From Phoronis australis (taxonomy: Eukaryota; Animalia; Phoronida), in assembly GCA_002633005.1 (NCBI GenBank), contig NMRA01000030.1, positions 1,169,957 to 1,233,956 of the forward strand: a stretch of 64,000 nt of DNA, written 5' to 3'. This document shows positions 12,801 to 27,800 of the stretch, in pieces; the first letter of the stretch is position 1; every line of letters begins with the position of its first letter. The notes under the pieces are model-generated. The model made no database searches. It was given only the letters and a program-made list of their open reading frames with translations, and had not been told where the DNA came from. The position numbers and the translations under genes were made by a program.

Positions 12801-15800
12801 GAAACGCAAGGACTACTTAGAGGGCATGCTGTCTGCTGAATCACTCAGACTTGATAACCAGGCACGCTTCATTTGCGAGAAAATTGAAGGGAAGATTAAA
12901 ATTGGTGAGTTATTGTCTGTGGACAGACGCTGTTGTATAGAGGGTGAGGAGATACTCCTTTGTTTTTGTTGAATATTTCTTAAGCTTTGCATCATTATGC
13001 GCCCACATATTTATATGTGGACGCATTATGCCGTCATCTCCGTCCGTCCTTCCGGGCGGCGTCCGTCCGGCGTCCGCTGCTCTATTTTTAAAACCCTTTG
13101 ACATGCGTTCCTCAAATTTGGCACATATGTTCCATTCATGAATGGGACGGCATGTGCGAACTTTCGGACGGATCCAACTACCGGTGTGTCCCCTAGTGGC
13201 AATTTTAGTTTTTTACGCTTACCTTTGTATCTTCAAAAGTCCTGAACGGATTTTCCTGAAATTTTGTATGTAGGCACCAATTAGAGATGACGCTATCCTC
13301 CCATTTTCAGATGGATTTGACATAGTTTGCGCCACCTAGTGGCCATTTTTAGTGTTTTCGAGACCACCCCCCCTGGCTCCCACAAGCAAAAATAGAACAG
13401 CAACAGCGTGAAGCGTGAGGAAATACTGAGTAAGCATCTAGGACGCGGAGAAGGTGGTGCCCCAGATCACGGCGTCCCCCCTTATGGTATCGTAGATCCA
13501 CCACTAACAATCGGAGTGGTTTTTTTCGTCACAGGTTTTTACTATTTTGGTACCAGAAAACCCAATTTCAGGAGAAAGTTTCGAGAGATATCGCAAAATT
13601 TGAGGATATTGCGCATGCGTGAGCGTATCACGAGTATGCACTATTTTTAAATTGACTGACGACATTTTCCTTTGTTACACGGCGGAGAATTACGAAAAAT
13701 AACGTTTATCAGGTTTTAGTACTTCTACGAACGGCTGTAGCGAGTAAGGTGAATGTGTTCATTCCGAGATTCTGCATGCATCCCTGCAGGTTGTTGGCTC
13801 TAAGTTTCATGACGAGGTGACTAGCTGAACACCCACGTTATGTGAAATTTCGGTGTTTAACAGAGCTCTACACACGGCTACCTAGCTGCAGTGTGTGTTG
13901 ACGATAGTCTTCATACAGCTAGCTGGCTTTCTACCTCAGTATGTACATTTATGATGCAACTTTTGTAAATGCATCTATATAGTTTGTGTACTATACAATA
14001 TTTTAAATGCATTCTTAGTTTCCACTTTAAAAAGTATCTGATAACCGTACTTTGTGTAACTGCCTGGTTAAAGAATCCCGCAGCCGCACACCTAAAATCT
14101 GACAGTGACAGAAATTCTGCTTGCAGCTTTGAACACAGTCTCTTCAAAACATATTCCTGTCTTTTGCGATGAACACTCGGTTCACTCTTAGGTGTAGCTA
14201 TTTCCCCTCGGGTTTTCCCGGTAGCTGCTAGTCAGTAGAATAAGCATGGAATAATCGTTAAAATAATCGCAAACCTTACCTTTGTATAAGGTCATGCTTA
14301 CTTCCTCTCATAGAAGGACCCTTTTCACGCCATCTAAGATTCAGTTGGCAAGGCTTCAAGCCATTTCATCATGTATTTAAAGGGCTCGCGAAATCGAGGC
14401 TGTTAATCGATCACCACTAGTACACGCGTGCCTTCTAGTTAATGTAAATTTTCCGAATATCCCCATTCTTCCATTTACAACTCTTTGTATGAGTGCAATG
14501 TACCTGTGTTATGATCATATCCATCTAACTTGTAGAAAACATGCCAAAGAAGGACCTTATCCAGCTGCTAGTTCGCCGTGGTTATGACTCTGACCCAGTT
14601 AAAGCCTGGAAGGAAGCACAAAATAAGCTGGTATTGATGTTCATTTCATGTAATCATGAATTACTTGTCATGTAACCTTGGTCCAATCTCAAGTATTGAT
14701 GTTCATTTCATGTAATCATGAATTACTTGTCATGTAACCTTGGTCCAATCTCAAGTATTGATGTTCATTGCATGTAATCATGAATTACTTGTCATGTAAC
14801 CTTGGTCCAATCTCAATGTTCAAATGCACACACTGCCTTCTAGTCACTACTTACACATGTGAAATGAAAAGAAAAATTATAGTGACGTTACAGTATTGTT
14901 GGCATGCATTAGTTTATAAGATGTTGCCGTATTTGCCGTAATAACCGCCCATGCCCTATAAGCGCCCCCGACGCATTTTTAGACTTTGCTTAAATAAGCG
15001 CCCAGTCCATGAACGTGTACATGCGAACAATGACGTACCTACAGTCCTCGGATACAGTAACGTCTTTAATTTATCAAAAAAAAAAATTTGCACGGGTCTA
15101 CTAGATCACCAGTGGCACTGCTATGTTTGTATTTAGCCGTGACTATACACAGCGCTTCAAAAAGAACGCACCACCGTTGCTACTCTTGCGACCACCATGT
15201 CCCACTATGGTCTGACCTTTCGACTGTCTCGTGAATAAAAATAACTCGGTGTTAAACGCACGTGGCCAGGAAGCGCGCGCTACATATATGAACCTGTCAT
15301 CAAAGACATTAGTCGGGAACTATCCATTCATGAAACGAGTAACAACTTAGAAAAATTAATGAAGATTTCAGGTAATTTGCTTGAGTCGAAAGTATTTTTA
15401 TTCAATCATTGAAGTCGCCATATGGAAGACTGCGATTTCGAGGCAGTCAGTCGGCGAGTTTTTGCCCTTGGATTTTAGCACAATTTTCTGTAAAATGATG
15501 GTAATTTAGCCGCAATGTTTGATAGCAGTGCACCACAGTTTTGTTGAAAGTCTTTCATAGTTTACAGATACGTCACAGAGAGTAAATTTGATGAATTTTA
15601 GCTTCCGATTTCACCCGTTTTGGAGACTGGGTTTCAACCGCCTTGGGTTATAATAAGTGCCCCCACTGAACCGAACTTTTCTAAGCGCCCTGGGCGGTTA
15701 TTAGGGCGAATACCGTATGTTGTTTGTTTTGGAGTATCATGTAGGGGCATACTTATACCAGCAATTCTGTGAAGTGAAATTATGTTCAGTCATAATGTAA

Positions 15801-18800
15801 CATACTCTCAGTCTATGTAAGTAGTGATATTTTAGTACTGAAATAATCATATCATGATTATAACTGGCAGTTATCAGATAGACAGGTCAGTGTGTGATGT
15901 TTCAGGAGAACGACTCACAGAATGACACTGATGATGACGATCAGAGTGAAATGTCGGCCATGTCTGGCGGTGGTCCTGATTTCAATTACATTCTTAACAT
16001 GCCACTGTGGAGCTTGTCACGAGAACGTAAGGAAGAACTTTTGAAGAATCGCGATGCAAAGGCTCGGGAAATCGAAGTCCTGCGCAACAAGACTAACAGC
16101 GACCTCTGGAGAGAGGACCTGGATGCATTCATTGACCAGCTCCAGGTAAAGTTCAGATAGGCAGTTCGTTTTTCTTGAAAACTCAGCAGTTTTAGTTGTT
16201 TCACTGGTCACATTCAGCACTCACTGGTCCTTATTACGTAATCATTATTCTCATCTTTGTTGTTAACTTCAGGTTGTTGAAGCTCAGGAACGTGAGGAGG
16301 AGAAGGTTGGCGTCAAAATGCTGCCGTCCAAGTCTGGCAAGGGACGTCCCAAACCCAAGAAACTGGCTGTAGAGACATTGCCGTCGCCTATGGGACGGCG
16401 GGTAGAGCCACGGGTAGACGCCCTGCGGCAAAAAGCTGAGGGTGAGAAGAAAAAGGCCAAGAAGGTGAGCGGCGAGTTTAAAGGCGTTGACAAACCACTA
16501 ACAAGTTGGGTGTGTGTTAAGTATGGTATGCCAAAGTAGAAAAAGATCTAGGACACAAAGTATCTATTCAAGAATTTAAATCTCTGCAGTACCAAAAAAA
16601 CTACTCAAAACCAGAATTTATCGTGCTATGACCTATGATTTTTCTTGACGTCCAAAATTTTGCCACGCCAAGTCTGAAAATTTATCGCGCCAGGACATAA
16701 GATTTCAGGCCAAGACAAAAGTTAATGCCAGGACAAAATACATTGCCTGGAGACCATGTGGCCATCTGCAAGTACGTGACCACGAACATGTGGGTGTTAT
16801 TCACTTGAAGCTTGATGACAGAGAGAGACGGCGATCGGTTGAGTCTAGTATGTGTCATACTGAGTCATATTCAAGTCTAGTGTGTCTAAAAATACATTGG
16901 TTCTGTTGTAAAAGTTGGAAGATGCAAAAGAAATTCAACATCATTGTCTCGATAATATGACTGTTGTCGGCGAGACATTGTTGAATGCTTAGCCATTATG
17001 CACCTACCTGGTGCCGACGTTATCTTTTTGACAGAACATACCTGTAATACCTGTAGTATACCTGTCACGGACAGGATCATTGTGGATATGCTGGTGCATT
17101 ATTCCCCTCCCCAGACCATCCCCGTGACAGCAGAAGGCGCAGAACTCCAGGGCTGACGTTGCCTGTAAGCATTTGATTTGACAGCACTCGGGCACGGCTC
17201 TTCTTGTGACTCTTCGCAGCATGGCCATAAATAATACCGGCTTCGAGCAGTCGGCTGCCATCATTGAACTCAGCCAGTTGGGATGCAGTCTGCTCGAGGT
17301 TGCGTTTGCGGGCCAGCAGCTTAACGTCAGCCGAATATAAGTAGAGGGGTTGGTTGGTGGTGCATGAGCCCACGAGGTAATCTGCACGCTCATTAATCAA
17401 GACACCGGCATGGCCAGGTACGAAAGACCAGATCACTACATGATGAGGGTGGCGTGATCGGAAGACACCCCAGTTGGCTGGGAGGTTTCCAGATTGAACT
17501 TTCATCAACACTGCCATGGAATCGGTGGCAAAGATAATGGTGTGATTCTCCAGGTCTAGGAGTGACAGCTTGGTTAGGGCCCGTTGTATAGCCTCAAACT
17601 CCATCCGCGTACTGCTTGTGTATACATGGTGGCAGCCACTACCTTCCACAATGACGTTAGCACAGCGTATTTGATAACCCCATCCCACACAATTAGTTTC
17701 ACCATCGAAGGATCCATCAGTTGCTACAATGATGGCATTAATACCGCCAAGATCACGCCATTGCTGACAGCATAATGACAGAACAATGCATGTGGATGGT
17801 CAAATGGTATCCTGGCATGAAAAAAATTCGATCCTGATGTATTTAATTTTCTGTCCAGGCGTGTTAAATTTTTTATCGTGACTTGATAAATTTGAGTCCT
17901 GGCATCATAAAAGATTGGTTCAGACGTGATCAATTGCAAGTGTTGACATGATCAATTATAAGTCCTGACGTGATAAATTTTGGATACTGACCAAACGAAT
18001 TTTGTTCTCGGGTTGTTTTCTTTTTGGGTCTTACACAGTCGAAATAATATTTTGGACTGTTTTTAATTGTTGAGTAAGTGAAAATTCTGGTTTTGATTTT
18101 GTTTTGTTGATCATGCACAGTAAAATTAATGTTTTGACCTGTTTTTTTACTCTTGAATTGAAAATTCATATCGGGTAATTTTCCCGCTTTGGCCTTCCAT
18201 AGTAGTGTAAATACTCCAGCACCTGAATTAGAGTAAGGATGTAAAGTCGTGCTGGGAATTTTTTAATACATGCTCACACAAATCTCGGTGCACTGCTACG
18301 GGAATCATTCATTTTCATTAATTACTATTAATCAAAGTTCAATGTAAATAAAGATCATTTTGGTATGCAATACTTACAAGTCAGAAGTATGCTGATAAAA
18401 TATTTGACCCAAGTGTAACCTAATCTGTAGGGTACACTTGAGTACTGATTACTTATCTTTGGCCTAAAACAAAAACCTAAATAATTGGTGACACTGTGTT
18501 TCATTTGTTTTCTTTATAACTTTGTCTCATCCAAAGTATTCCTGGGTGCCCTTTATAGTATTTAGGAAATACCATAATTCTTCAACTTTTGACTACACTG
18601 TCTTGGCCTTTTGGAAATGTCTGGTGACATGACATGTATTACCTGATTGCTGGTTTTTCAAACCATGTTTGACCCAAGCTGTCCTGGTCCAAAGTCCCCG
18701 TTTTGTCTAATACACATTTCATACACACTCAGTTATGTGCGTGAAAGCATATTTTTTTCATTTATGGGTGTTTTTGACTATCTCCCAAACCCCGGGATGG

Positions 18801-21800
18801 ATCTTTGTGAAACTTTGCACATGTTTCCATCATAGCCAGAACAACAAATCCAAATATTATTGGCCCTCCTGGTGGCAGCCTAATTTGTTTTTCTTTTGTC
18901 TGCCTCTGTATCTGACAAGTTTTTCATTGAATTTCCTAGAAATTTGGTTAATGCTTTTCTATCAAGGAAGGCACCTACCCAATTTAGGATGGTTCTGACA
19001 TGTTGTGCCCCCTAGTTGCAATTTTAGAGCTTTGGTTCCACCTCTTCCAAACTGCTTCAGTGAATGAGGAATGCTTGGCTGGCTTTGATATTCAGACATA
19101 GGAGATTACTGTTGTGCCCTCTAGTGACAGTTATAGTTTTCTTTGGTTCAGCATTAACACCTGCCATGTTCCTTTATGAATCTTGATGAAATATTGCGTG
19201 TCTATGACTATCACAGCATGGATGACGCCTGCTCACTTTCGAATGTGCCATGGTTCTCATGATCATTTTGTATTGTGGTGTCTATTTTTGCTTCTCTATT
19301 TGATGGAGGCATTACCCTCCCACTTTTTTACAAAACTGTACTGCACTCCAGTTTCACTTAAAGTTATATCTTTTTGGCTAACATGTTTTTATAGTCGATT
19401 ACATTACTAACTTTGTTTTTTTGAATGATTTAACTAAATTATTATCGTGCCATCTTGTGGTTTATTTTGCGCCAACCATGTTCCATGATGCATTTCCGTG
19501 AATTATGCAAAGTGCCCTAGTTACAATATTCATATTGTCATTGCGGAATCTCTATTCTCCAAACTACTTCAATAGTGGCCATTATTTTTCAAAGAGGTAG
19601 GCATTTGAAAGACTGGTCATCACTTAGATGCATTTGTTGTTTAGAATCTACATGGTGGGCATCGGTCAATCCACATGGTGGGCATCAGTCAACTCTCCCA
19701 ATACTGTTGTTCATGTAGCTACTGTTGGTGAATGATTATTGTTTCTTTAGATCAAGAAAGAAGACGACTCCCAGACTAAGTTGGACAGTTATGGAATGTT
19801 AGAGGATGAGTCGCAGGGCAGTAGTGAACCCCAGTCACTGGCTGACAGACTGGGTCTGAACAAAGAGGCAAAGAAAGGTTAGTTCAAATTAAGATAGTGT
19901 TCATAAACAATGATGTGAAGTCAGTGCAGGAGTAATGACTTCAGTTGTCATTAAGGGTGTGTTTGGATGGGCAGTATGTGGTGTGCAGCCATTAAGGGTG
20001 TGTTTGGATGGGCAGTATGTGGTGTGCAGCCATTAAGGGTGTGTTTGGATGGGCAGTATGTGGTATGTAGCCATTAAAGACATAGTTTCGCACCAAAACA
20101 ACTGCTTTTCAACAAAAATAATATCACTGTGTGGATCTGTTGCACAGGGCACAGCTTGGTTAATGGGAAAAGCAAAGCAAAGCAGCCAGTCAATTCTGAG
20201 AACCGTCTGTGATGTCATATCAGTTAGACAGCTGTGTATTGCACTGGCTATAGGCAGTCAACCCTCCAAAATTTAGCTTACTTCATATGATAATTCCTTT
20301 CAACTCCATTTGTTGGCATAACTAAATTCTTTTTGCCAACGAGATGTAAGGACAAGTGTATAACAGATAATAAAGCCTAATACAAAATATTACAGTTTCC
20401 ATTTTTTTTCATTTTAAGCAGTGAGTAGGAAGAATGTCACCTTTTAATTTAGCCACATGAAATTTGAGTGGAGGTGGCAACCTCACAATTACAAGAACAC
20501 TTGAAATGGAAGTCTCCTGAACTTGGTTTTTTAAATTCATGTGTAAATCCATTGAAGTAATAATAAACCTAAGGCATCAAGAAATATTACCGTAATCGTT
20601 CGGGTTAACGCCCATGCTCAATTAACCGCCCATCCCCGACTTTAAGTGGATTTTCGATTTAACCGCCCACTGCTCGGTTAAGCGCCCCCCTGCGATTTTT
20701 GAAGATTTCCAGTTAAGCGCCCACCTCTCGGTTAAGCACCCATCCCCGACTTTTAAGGAATGAAGATTTAGCGCCTAGTGCTAAGGAAACGCGCGATTCC
20801 CCGACTTTTAGAAAAAGATCGATGATCGCAATGAGTGCAACGACGCCGGGACTTTGAGACGGTGGTTTAGCAATCTGAATTACAATACAGGTAACGAGTT
20901 ATTGTCTTGGGTCATGAACTCACTTCAAAACATAATACTCGAACCTTTTTGTCACTTTATTTTCTTCCCTTGTTTGCAATGTTTAAGAACGCCGCCGGGG
21001 TCAAAACCTCCGCTTTCAGCGACTTTGTTTACCGCGCTGAGTTTCCGTCTGCAGTGCACTAGATAAAACACATATTCGAGAAAATCAGGCCAGAGAAATG
21101 TGACAATGGTTTTGCCAACCCTCCAAATTCTATTAATGTGGGAAGCTCTCGTATTTTGAATAAATCTCACAACTCACGGAAAGATGACAAATTCTCAATA
21201 TTTTGATGAATATAACTGCCGGGTTATAGAGGATGTGGGGCGACCGAAGGGACAGTACAAGTGCCTTACTGGGTTACCGATTTCGTTGCTGCCTGTCGAT
21301 TTCTGAATTCAAACGTTGGCAATAATGTATGTTTGTGTATGATCTTGAAGTAATAAAAAACGGCTAGTCAAATTTTGTTTTTGCTTATTGCATCTTTGTC
21401 AAACTGGTTAGCAATGTCGCTGGCTGTTCTTTACTATTTCTTGCGTCAGCCCCCACAAAAAAGCGTGGCTGTGAATTATCGTTTCCACATTCCCTTTTTA
21501 GCCATCCAGAATAATTTTGTTTATACATTGCCCATTTTCAGCCTGAACAAAAATTCTTACCATTCGAGTCTGAAATATCTACGACATAGACTGCTTGACG
21601 ATAGTGGGTAGGAGATTCACGCAGCTAGTTACAGGGATGGGCTTAAGGAGCATCGAGCCGGGAAATATGGGAATAGACTTGACATCGCAGTTTTGGGGAA
21701 CATTGGCAACGGAGGAATATCGTGAAGAACTGGGTCTTTCGTAACACAGCTTAAAAGTACATAGTCACGCCCGTTTTGTTACATCGTCGGACTGTCGCTA

Positions 21801-24800
21801 TGTGTGACTGATTTTGTAGCGGTGCACGTGCGCAAGTTCCCACACTTTGGAGTGCATGTTACCTTGACACCAACATTTGATTGACAGGTGACTCACATGT
21901 AGGCCCTACGTGCGTGCTGAATACCGCCACTATCTTTGGCCATGAAAAACGAGATGCATATTGAAACAGGCCGTTATATTACTTGACGGCATTTCTAAGT
22001 CATGATTGTCAGCCGACTGAGACAATGCGCAATAACAGCGGGACGGAACAGTGCCGCAGGGCGATATTACAAGTGATATAAATGGGATAATCTGGACATC
22101 TTGCATGAAAAATAAATGTTTTTCCACCACAAAGTTTGGTAAGGTGATCGTTTAGAATAATGAATTGAAACATTGCTGTTTTCTGACATTTTGTAACATA
22201 TTTATGCAGTTGCTTGAAATTTTATTCTTGATCGACGTCTGGCTCGACCACCCCCGATCCTTGTCTTACTTCTTTGCATAGCATGTTTGGCGCAACGGCA
22301 AGAGAGCAATGCCGACTGGGCTGTCGAGATAAGACAGCTAGCCGCAGAACCATACGCTGAAAATGTCATTGAGTCATGAAGTGTCAACTATAACATCCCA
22401 AACACACAAAAAAAACAGCAGAGTTAAGTGTTTCAAACTTTTATTACAACCAATTTTAGAACTGCTCTCCGACTCAGAACTTGACAGCTACATTATAGTA
22501 CGAGACTGTAACCATAAATTTGATGTCTGACCTCTGCAACACGTGAAGCTTGCACGCGCGCACTTAAGCAGGGTCACATCTTGAAACAGTTTTAATTCTA
22601 GTGGAGGCTGCGCACTGCAGGACGGCACGTAGGCAATGACCATCGGCACGAGGCTATTACTCAGCAATTTTGTAAATTTACTAGTGAATAACTAATATGA
22701 GGGCAAGAGAACCTTTGTTGGGATCATCCGCTGTTATGACGTTTTCACAGTCATTTGGCGACGTGAAGATAAAGCTCTTTGAAAAGGGCTACGCGTTCCG
22801 AGTATTATTGTCGTGTCGGGATTTAGATCGCCAGGTAAGATTAACCGCCCAGGGCGGTTGTCTGTCGTAATAAGCGCCCATGTTCGGTTAACCGCCCATC
22901 CCCTACTTTAGGTAGATTTTCGATTTAACCGCCCACTGCTCAGTTAACCGCCCTTCCCCGATTTTTTGGATTCGCCAATTTAACCGCCCAGGGCGTTAAC
23001 CCGAACGATTACGGTACCTGAATATGCCAGTGAACATATTATTTCAGGCGTTCAATATGGCAAGCTAATTCTATCATACTTTGGTCACTGAGTCATAGAA
23101 ATCAAAGAACAAATCAGAGGACGATTATGATTTAGTCCACAGTTCAAATTAAAACCAAGTGCTTTCAGGCGGAATTATTGGTTTCTACAGTGAAAGACTT
23201 TCAAGGTAGTTGAAGGTTATATCTACACTACATAAGTCAAAACTGAAATAATCTCAGTACAGTAAAATTGATATGTATGTCAAAATGATCTTATCTTTTA
23301 CAGAAATAAGTAACTTAGAATGCACAGTACTTTAGAACATTTAAGCAGTATATTCAACAACATGAGAAATTTACGTGATATGAAAGTGGATATGCCTAAC
23401 TATTACCATGGCGACCAGGTGTTTCCTTACATTAGAATTTGACAAGCATGATTTGAAAAAATATGAAGTTGCATGGAAAAAGGATTGGAGGCTGAAAGCT
23501 TCACAATCCAACATGGCCTATTACTCTAATTAAGACCTTTACATTTGGCCTTGATAACTTGAATTAGGAAAGCAAAAAGTTAAATGCCTGTACGTGTATT
23601 AAAAGAAAGATTGATTTGTAGAATTTAGAAAAATATGAATTATGTTGTGACACATAATCAAACCTTGAAGCGCAATTGACTTTCAAAGAAAAAACGATTT
23701 CAAAACCTTTTCAACTCTTTTTAAGCTGAGTGTATGGTCAACTGAATGGGATATTCACACTGCAATAATTAGAATGTTCGTTATATTTTTTGCACAAAAA
23801 TATAAACATTGTGCAAATTTGCTTTTTTGTATCAGTGTTCATCAAATTGTATCAAAGTTAAAACTTCACCAAGTACAAAATTGCTGATTGAACATGCCCT
23901 TCAGTTCAGCAGAAATCGCCATGTTGTCGGTGCCACCGGAAATGAGTCCAACGGGAATTGTGAGCACTTTTATCACTCAATAAGTAACATCTGCTTGGCT
24001 GAAATCCTATGAAAACTATTGAATCGCTCAGAATGGTAGGTATATAGATCTTACTCACTAAATTTCATCGTGAATTATTGGTGAAAATAATTTATACACG
24101 GTTTTAAACTCGTAACATATGCCGCTGTTGTCCAAGAGGGCTGACGCGATCCAAACAAATGACCCAAATTTCACCACCAAAATTGCAATAAATGTGCACT
24201 GCTTAACCTGCAAATCTAAAATAAATGGTTGGACAGCCCTACTCTTACTGTTCATTCAGTCCAGCTACATGTAGCGATCAACTAGGTTATAATTCAATGG
24301 AATGCAACTACAGTTAACGAGCATCAAGCTGTTCAGCACATCCACCAAGTGAACAAACACTTACCGGTATGTTGCAAAAACTTTAATTCAAAAGATCAGC
24401 AATCTACTGGCTACTTCTAGCACTAATCCTTTCCGACAGTGTCCGTCGATTCTATCTGCCGTTTTGAATGTTAGGTAACTAAGGCCCACTAGCTTCTGGA
24501 AAGCGACAGCGCGTACCGTTTCGAATGCTCTAAAAGTTCATTCATCCTGGTTTACAACTATACTCGGATCACAGGCTGTCGTTCTAGAAGAAGTCCATAC
24601 AAAATATCTTTGCTACATACTACTGAATACAGCGATGCTCTACTGGTGGACTTCGCAAAGCTTTCTCACTTGCAACGCACTCTTGGATCAGTGGGAAACT
24701 TGTGCAAAGATACCCCAGCCCTTGGCGTATTGCCACAGCCTCCAACTGCACAACGTTCAGGCATTTTTCTTCAAATATTTACTGCAGTTTAAATCTAAAA

Positions 24801-27800
24801 ATCCGTCTACATGTGAAAAAAGTACTCCTATTGGCACACAGCAATGGACCCTGTGGACTGATGTGACGTGTTTTCGAAGATAGCTGAAGTTGAAACTTTT
24901 CTGGTCTCAAAATTTTGTGGGAAAGTGGGAACATGTTTAAAACGAATGACAGAAGAAAATGGGGTATGAAATAAAAAGAAATGTGGTTTATATGGAAACT
25001 TTATTAACAGTCAACACATGTGTATACATATTAACTACAACTGAATAGGCGTGAACTAATCTCTTTAAGGGTGTGTGTGGATGGGCAATATGTGATGTAT
25101 AGCCATTAAGGGTGTGTTTGGATGGGCGGTAAGTGGTGTGTAGCCATTAAGATTGTGTATGGATGGGCAGTAATTGGTGTGTAGCCATTAAGGGTGTGTT
25201 TGGATGGGCAGTATGTGGTGTGTGGCCTTTACGGTTGTGTATGGATGGGCAGTAATTGGTGTGTAGCCATTAAGGGTGTGTTTGGATGGGCAGTATGTGG
25301 TGGGTAGCCATTAAGGGTTTGTTTGGATGGGCAGTAATTTGTGGGTAGCCATTAGGGTGTGTATGGATGGGTTTAATTGGTGTGTAGCCATGCAGTTCAG
25401 CTTTTTGAGAACAGTATTTGTTGTAGTCAAAGCAGAAAGGGCAGTTTGATGTTTTGAATGAAGATGAGTTTGGTGCATTGTCAAGCAATTCGATGTTTGT
25501 GTGCTTAGGCAAAAGCCTGATGTCAGAGACTTGCAGATTGTGAGGACTTTTGTCATTAGATGCCCCAGCCAGGTAATCTCCTCTTTTGTTCACTTGGACG
25601 CGGGCATGACCAGGCACATATGTCCACACCACAGCCCGGGATGGATGATTGGCATGGAAAATGGGCCAGCAAAAGGTCAGGAATGTAGAGCCAGGTCAAG
25701 CACATTGTAAGAAGTGTAGAGCAATGTGTAGCATACTGCAGTTGAATGTGAAGTTATGTCAAGCATATTTTTAGGAATGTAATCCTTTTCTATCCCTGTT
25801 GTGTCGTCCTTCACCAGGATCAAATGAAGAACGAAAAACACAGCTACATGTTACCTGCGGCTCAGTCTGTAATAATACTGTAGAAGACTAAGACTGTGTG
25901 CTGAAATAAAGGTCTATAGAACTTTGACCATCTTTATTGTCATTAAGGTGTCTGTTATTGTTATTACTGTATAACTGTCCTAGTTTTATACCATTTCTTG
26001 CTTATCCAATTGTTGTTCATACTTGAAATAAAAAGAAACATTCTGTGCAACATTCTACCTGTAACTGTCCCGGGTATTTTCGCTATTTTTCCTTTATTTA
26101 GAATTGTCTTTCCAGACTACATGTAGTCATTGACTTAGGTCTCTTTGAGGTGTGTCACCTTTGTTAGCCACACAGTAATAATTATTTAAGTCTTGTACGT
26201 GGCCATACTCGTATGTTCCTAGAGTGTTAGATAGAATGGCATTAGAAACATTATAATTTACTGAATAGGTAGTGGTATTATTGTCTCCCCAGCTGGTCCT
26301 AAGAAGGCAGTTAGACAGACCAAGCTGGACTTCTCATCAGTTCCAAAGAAGAAGATTACTCCAAAGAAGAAGAAGAAGAAGACTAATCCATGGGACAGTG
26401 AGAGTGACGATGATATGAGCGAGGACGACTTGTCTGACGCAGAGCCTGTTGTCATACCTCGTGAGCGTGGCCCCCGAAGGGCAGCAGGTATGTTGCGCTT
26501 GATTAGCTATTAAGACGCACTGTATATAAAAACCACTAAATTTTCAAAAAATCAGTCTATTCGTCAAAATTCAAAACAGTTTTATTTTTTGTATCCCAAT
26601 AAAAATCTAAATGCCACATTTTGTGCACTCAATGACCCCTAATTTCGCCGGTGAAGCATTAGACCGTAATTGGTCATATTAGCTGTCTCCAAAATTTTAT
26701 GTTTTCAACATCGAAAATAAGTAACTTACAAAATGGATTGAAATTTGGGCTTTGGTGCCTGGAATAACCAATGTATACTCTGCATAATTATTTCGTGTTT
26801 ATTCAAATTTGACATCAATATGCTCAACAAGGAAGATAATCCACAGACCACTTTGCTAATTTTAGCAGCTGTTTTATTTGTGACCTCTTACCACCGTATG
26901 GCACCTTGTAGCTTTATGTAATTTTTTGAACATACAACTGAAGTGTTAAGGTAGGTGGATACACAAAAAAATAATATTGACTTTTTTACATTTTTATATC
27001 ATCCTAATCTTTAATTATTGATGCATAGTATACTGAAGAAAAATAAAATCATTCTGAAATCCAAAGTTGTTTTTTTAATTATATTTGACCAAGTTTCAGT
27101 AAGTCATATGGCTTGAGTGCTCACCAGCTCAGTGACTGACAAGTGGGGCGGAGCTCATACCAGGACACTAGCTCTTATCTAACCCTGTCAACAAACATTG
27201 CGTAACCGGGCAATCGAGAGGGCTGTACCAGCTGATATTGATGTTGTAGCAAGGCCAAGAATAAAATAATTCTATTTTTGACCATGTGGAAGTTGGTGGT
27301 GAAATGGTGAACTAGCTCTTGTTCTGAGCCTGAGCCTGTTTGTCCATCTTCAAATAATAAGTTGAGTACGCAAGTCCTACCGAAGCCATCACTGCACTCA
27401 GCTTGAGGAGTAGGCGCAGAAATTGTGCGTGTGCAAAAGAAGTGAAAGGTGAGGTGTCTTGCGAGAGGACGGTGAGCGTCGACGTGGGTGGTGTTGCACG
27501 GTTCGATGAGAGTGCATGTACGCGCTGTGAAGACACGCCGGGCGGGCGAGACATGGACAACTACATGCCGTCAGAGTAGAGTTTTGGAGATAAACTGTGC
27601 TTCTGTGCTAGGAACGCGCCATGGAGAAACTAGGCTCCCAAACTCGGAGGATTTTTTAACTGAAAGTGCTATTTTCTCATCCCAAAGTCCATTCGGTCAA
27701 AATGTTGGCGGTACAGGCATGTAAAAATGTTGAACCATTACAATGAAAGTAGTTCTTTATCCTCGTCGCCAATATTGTTATGTAGACAGTACTGCGGTGA

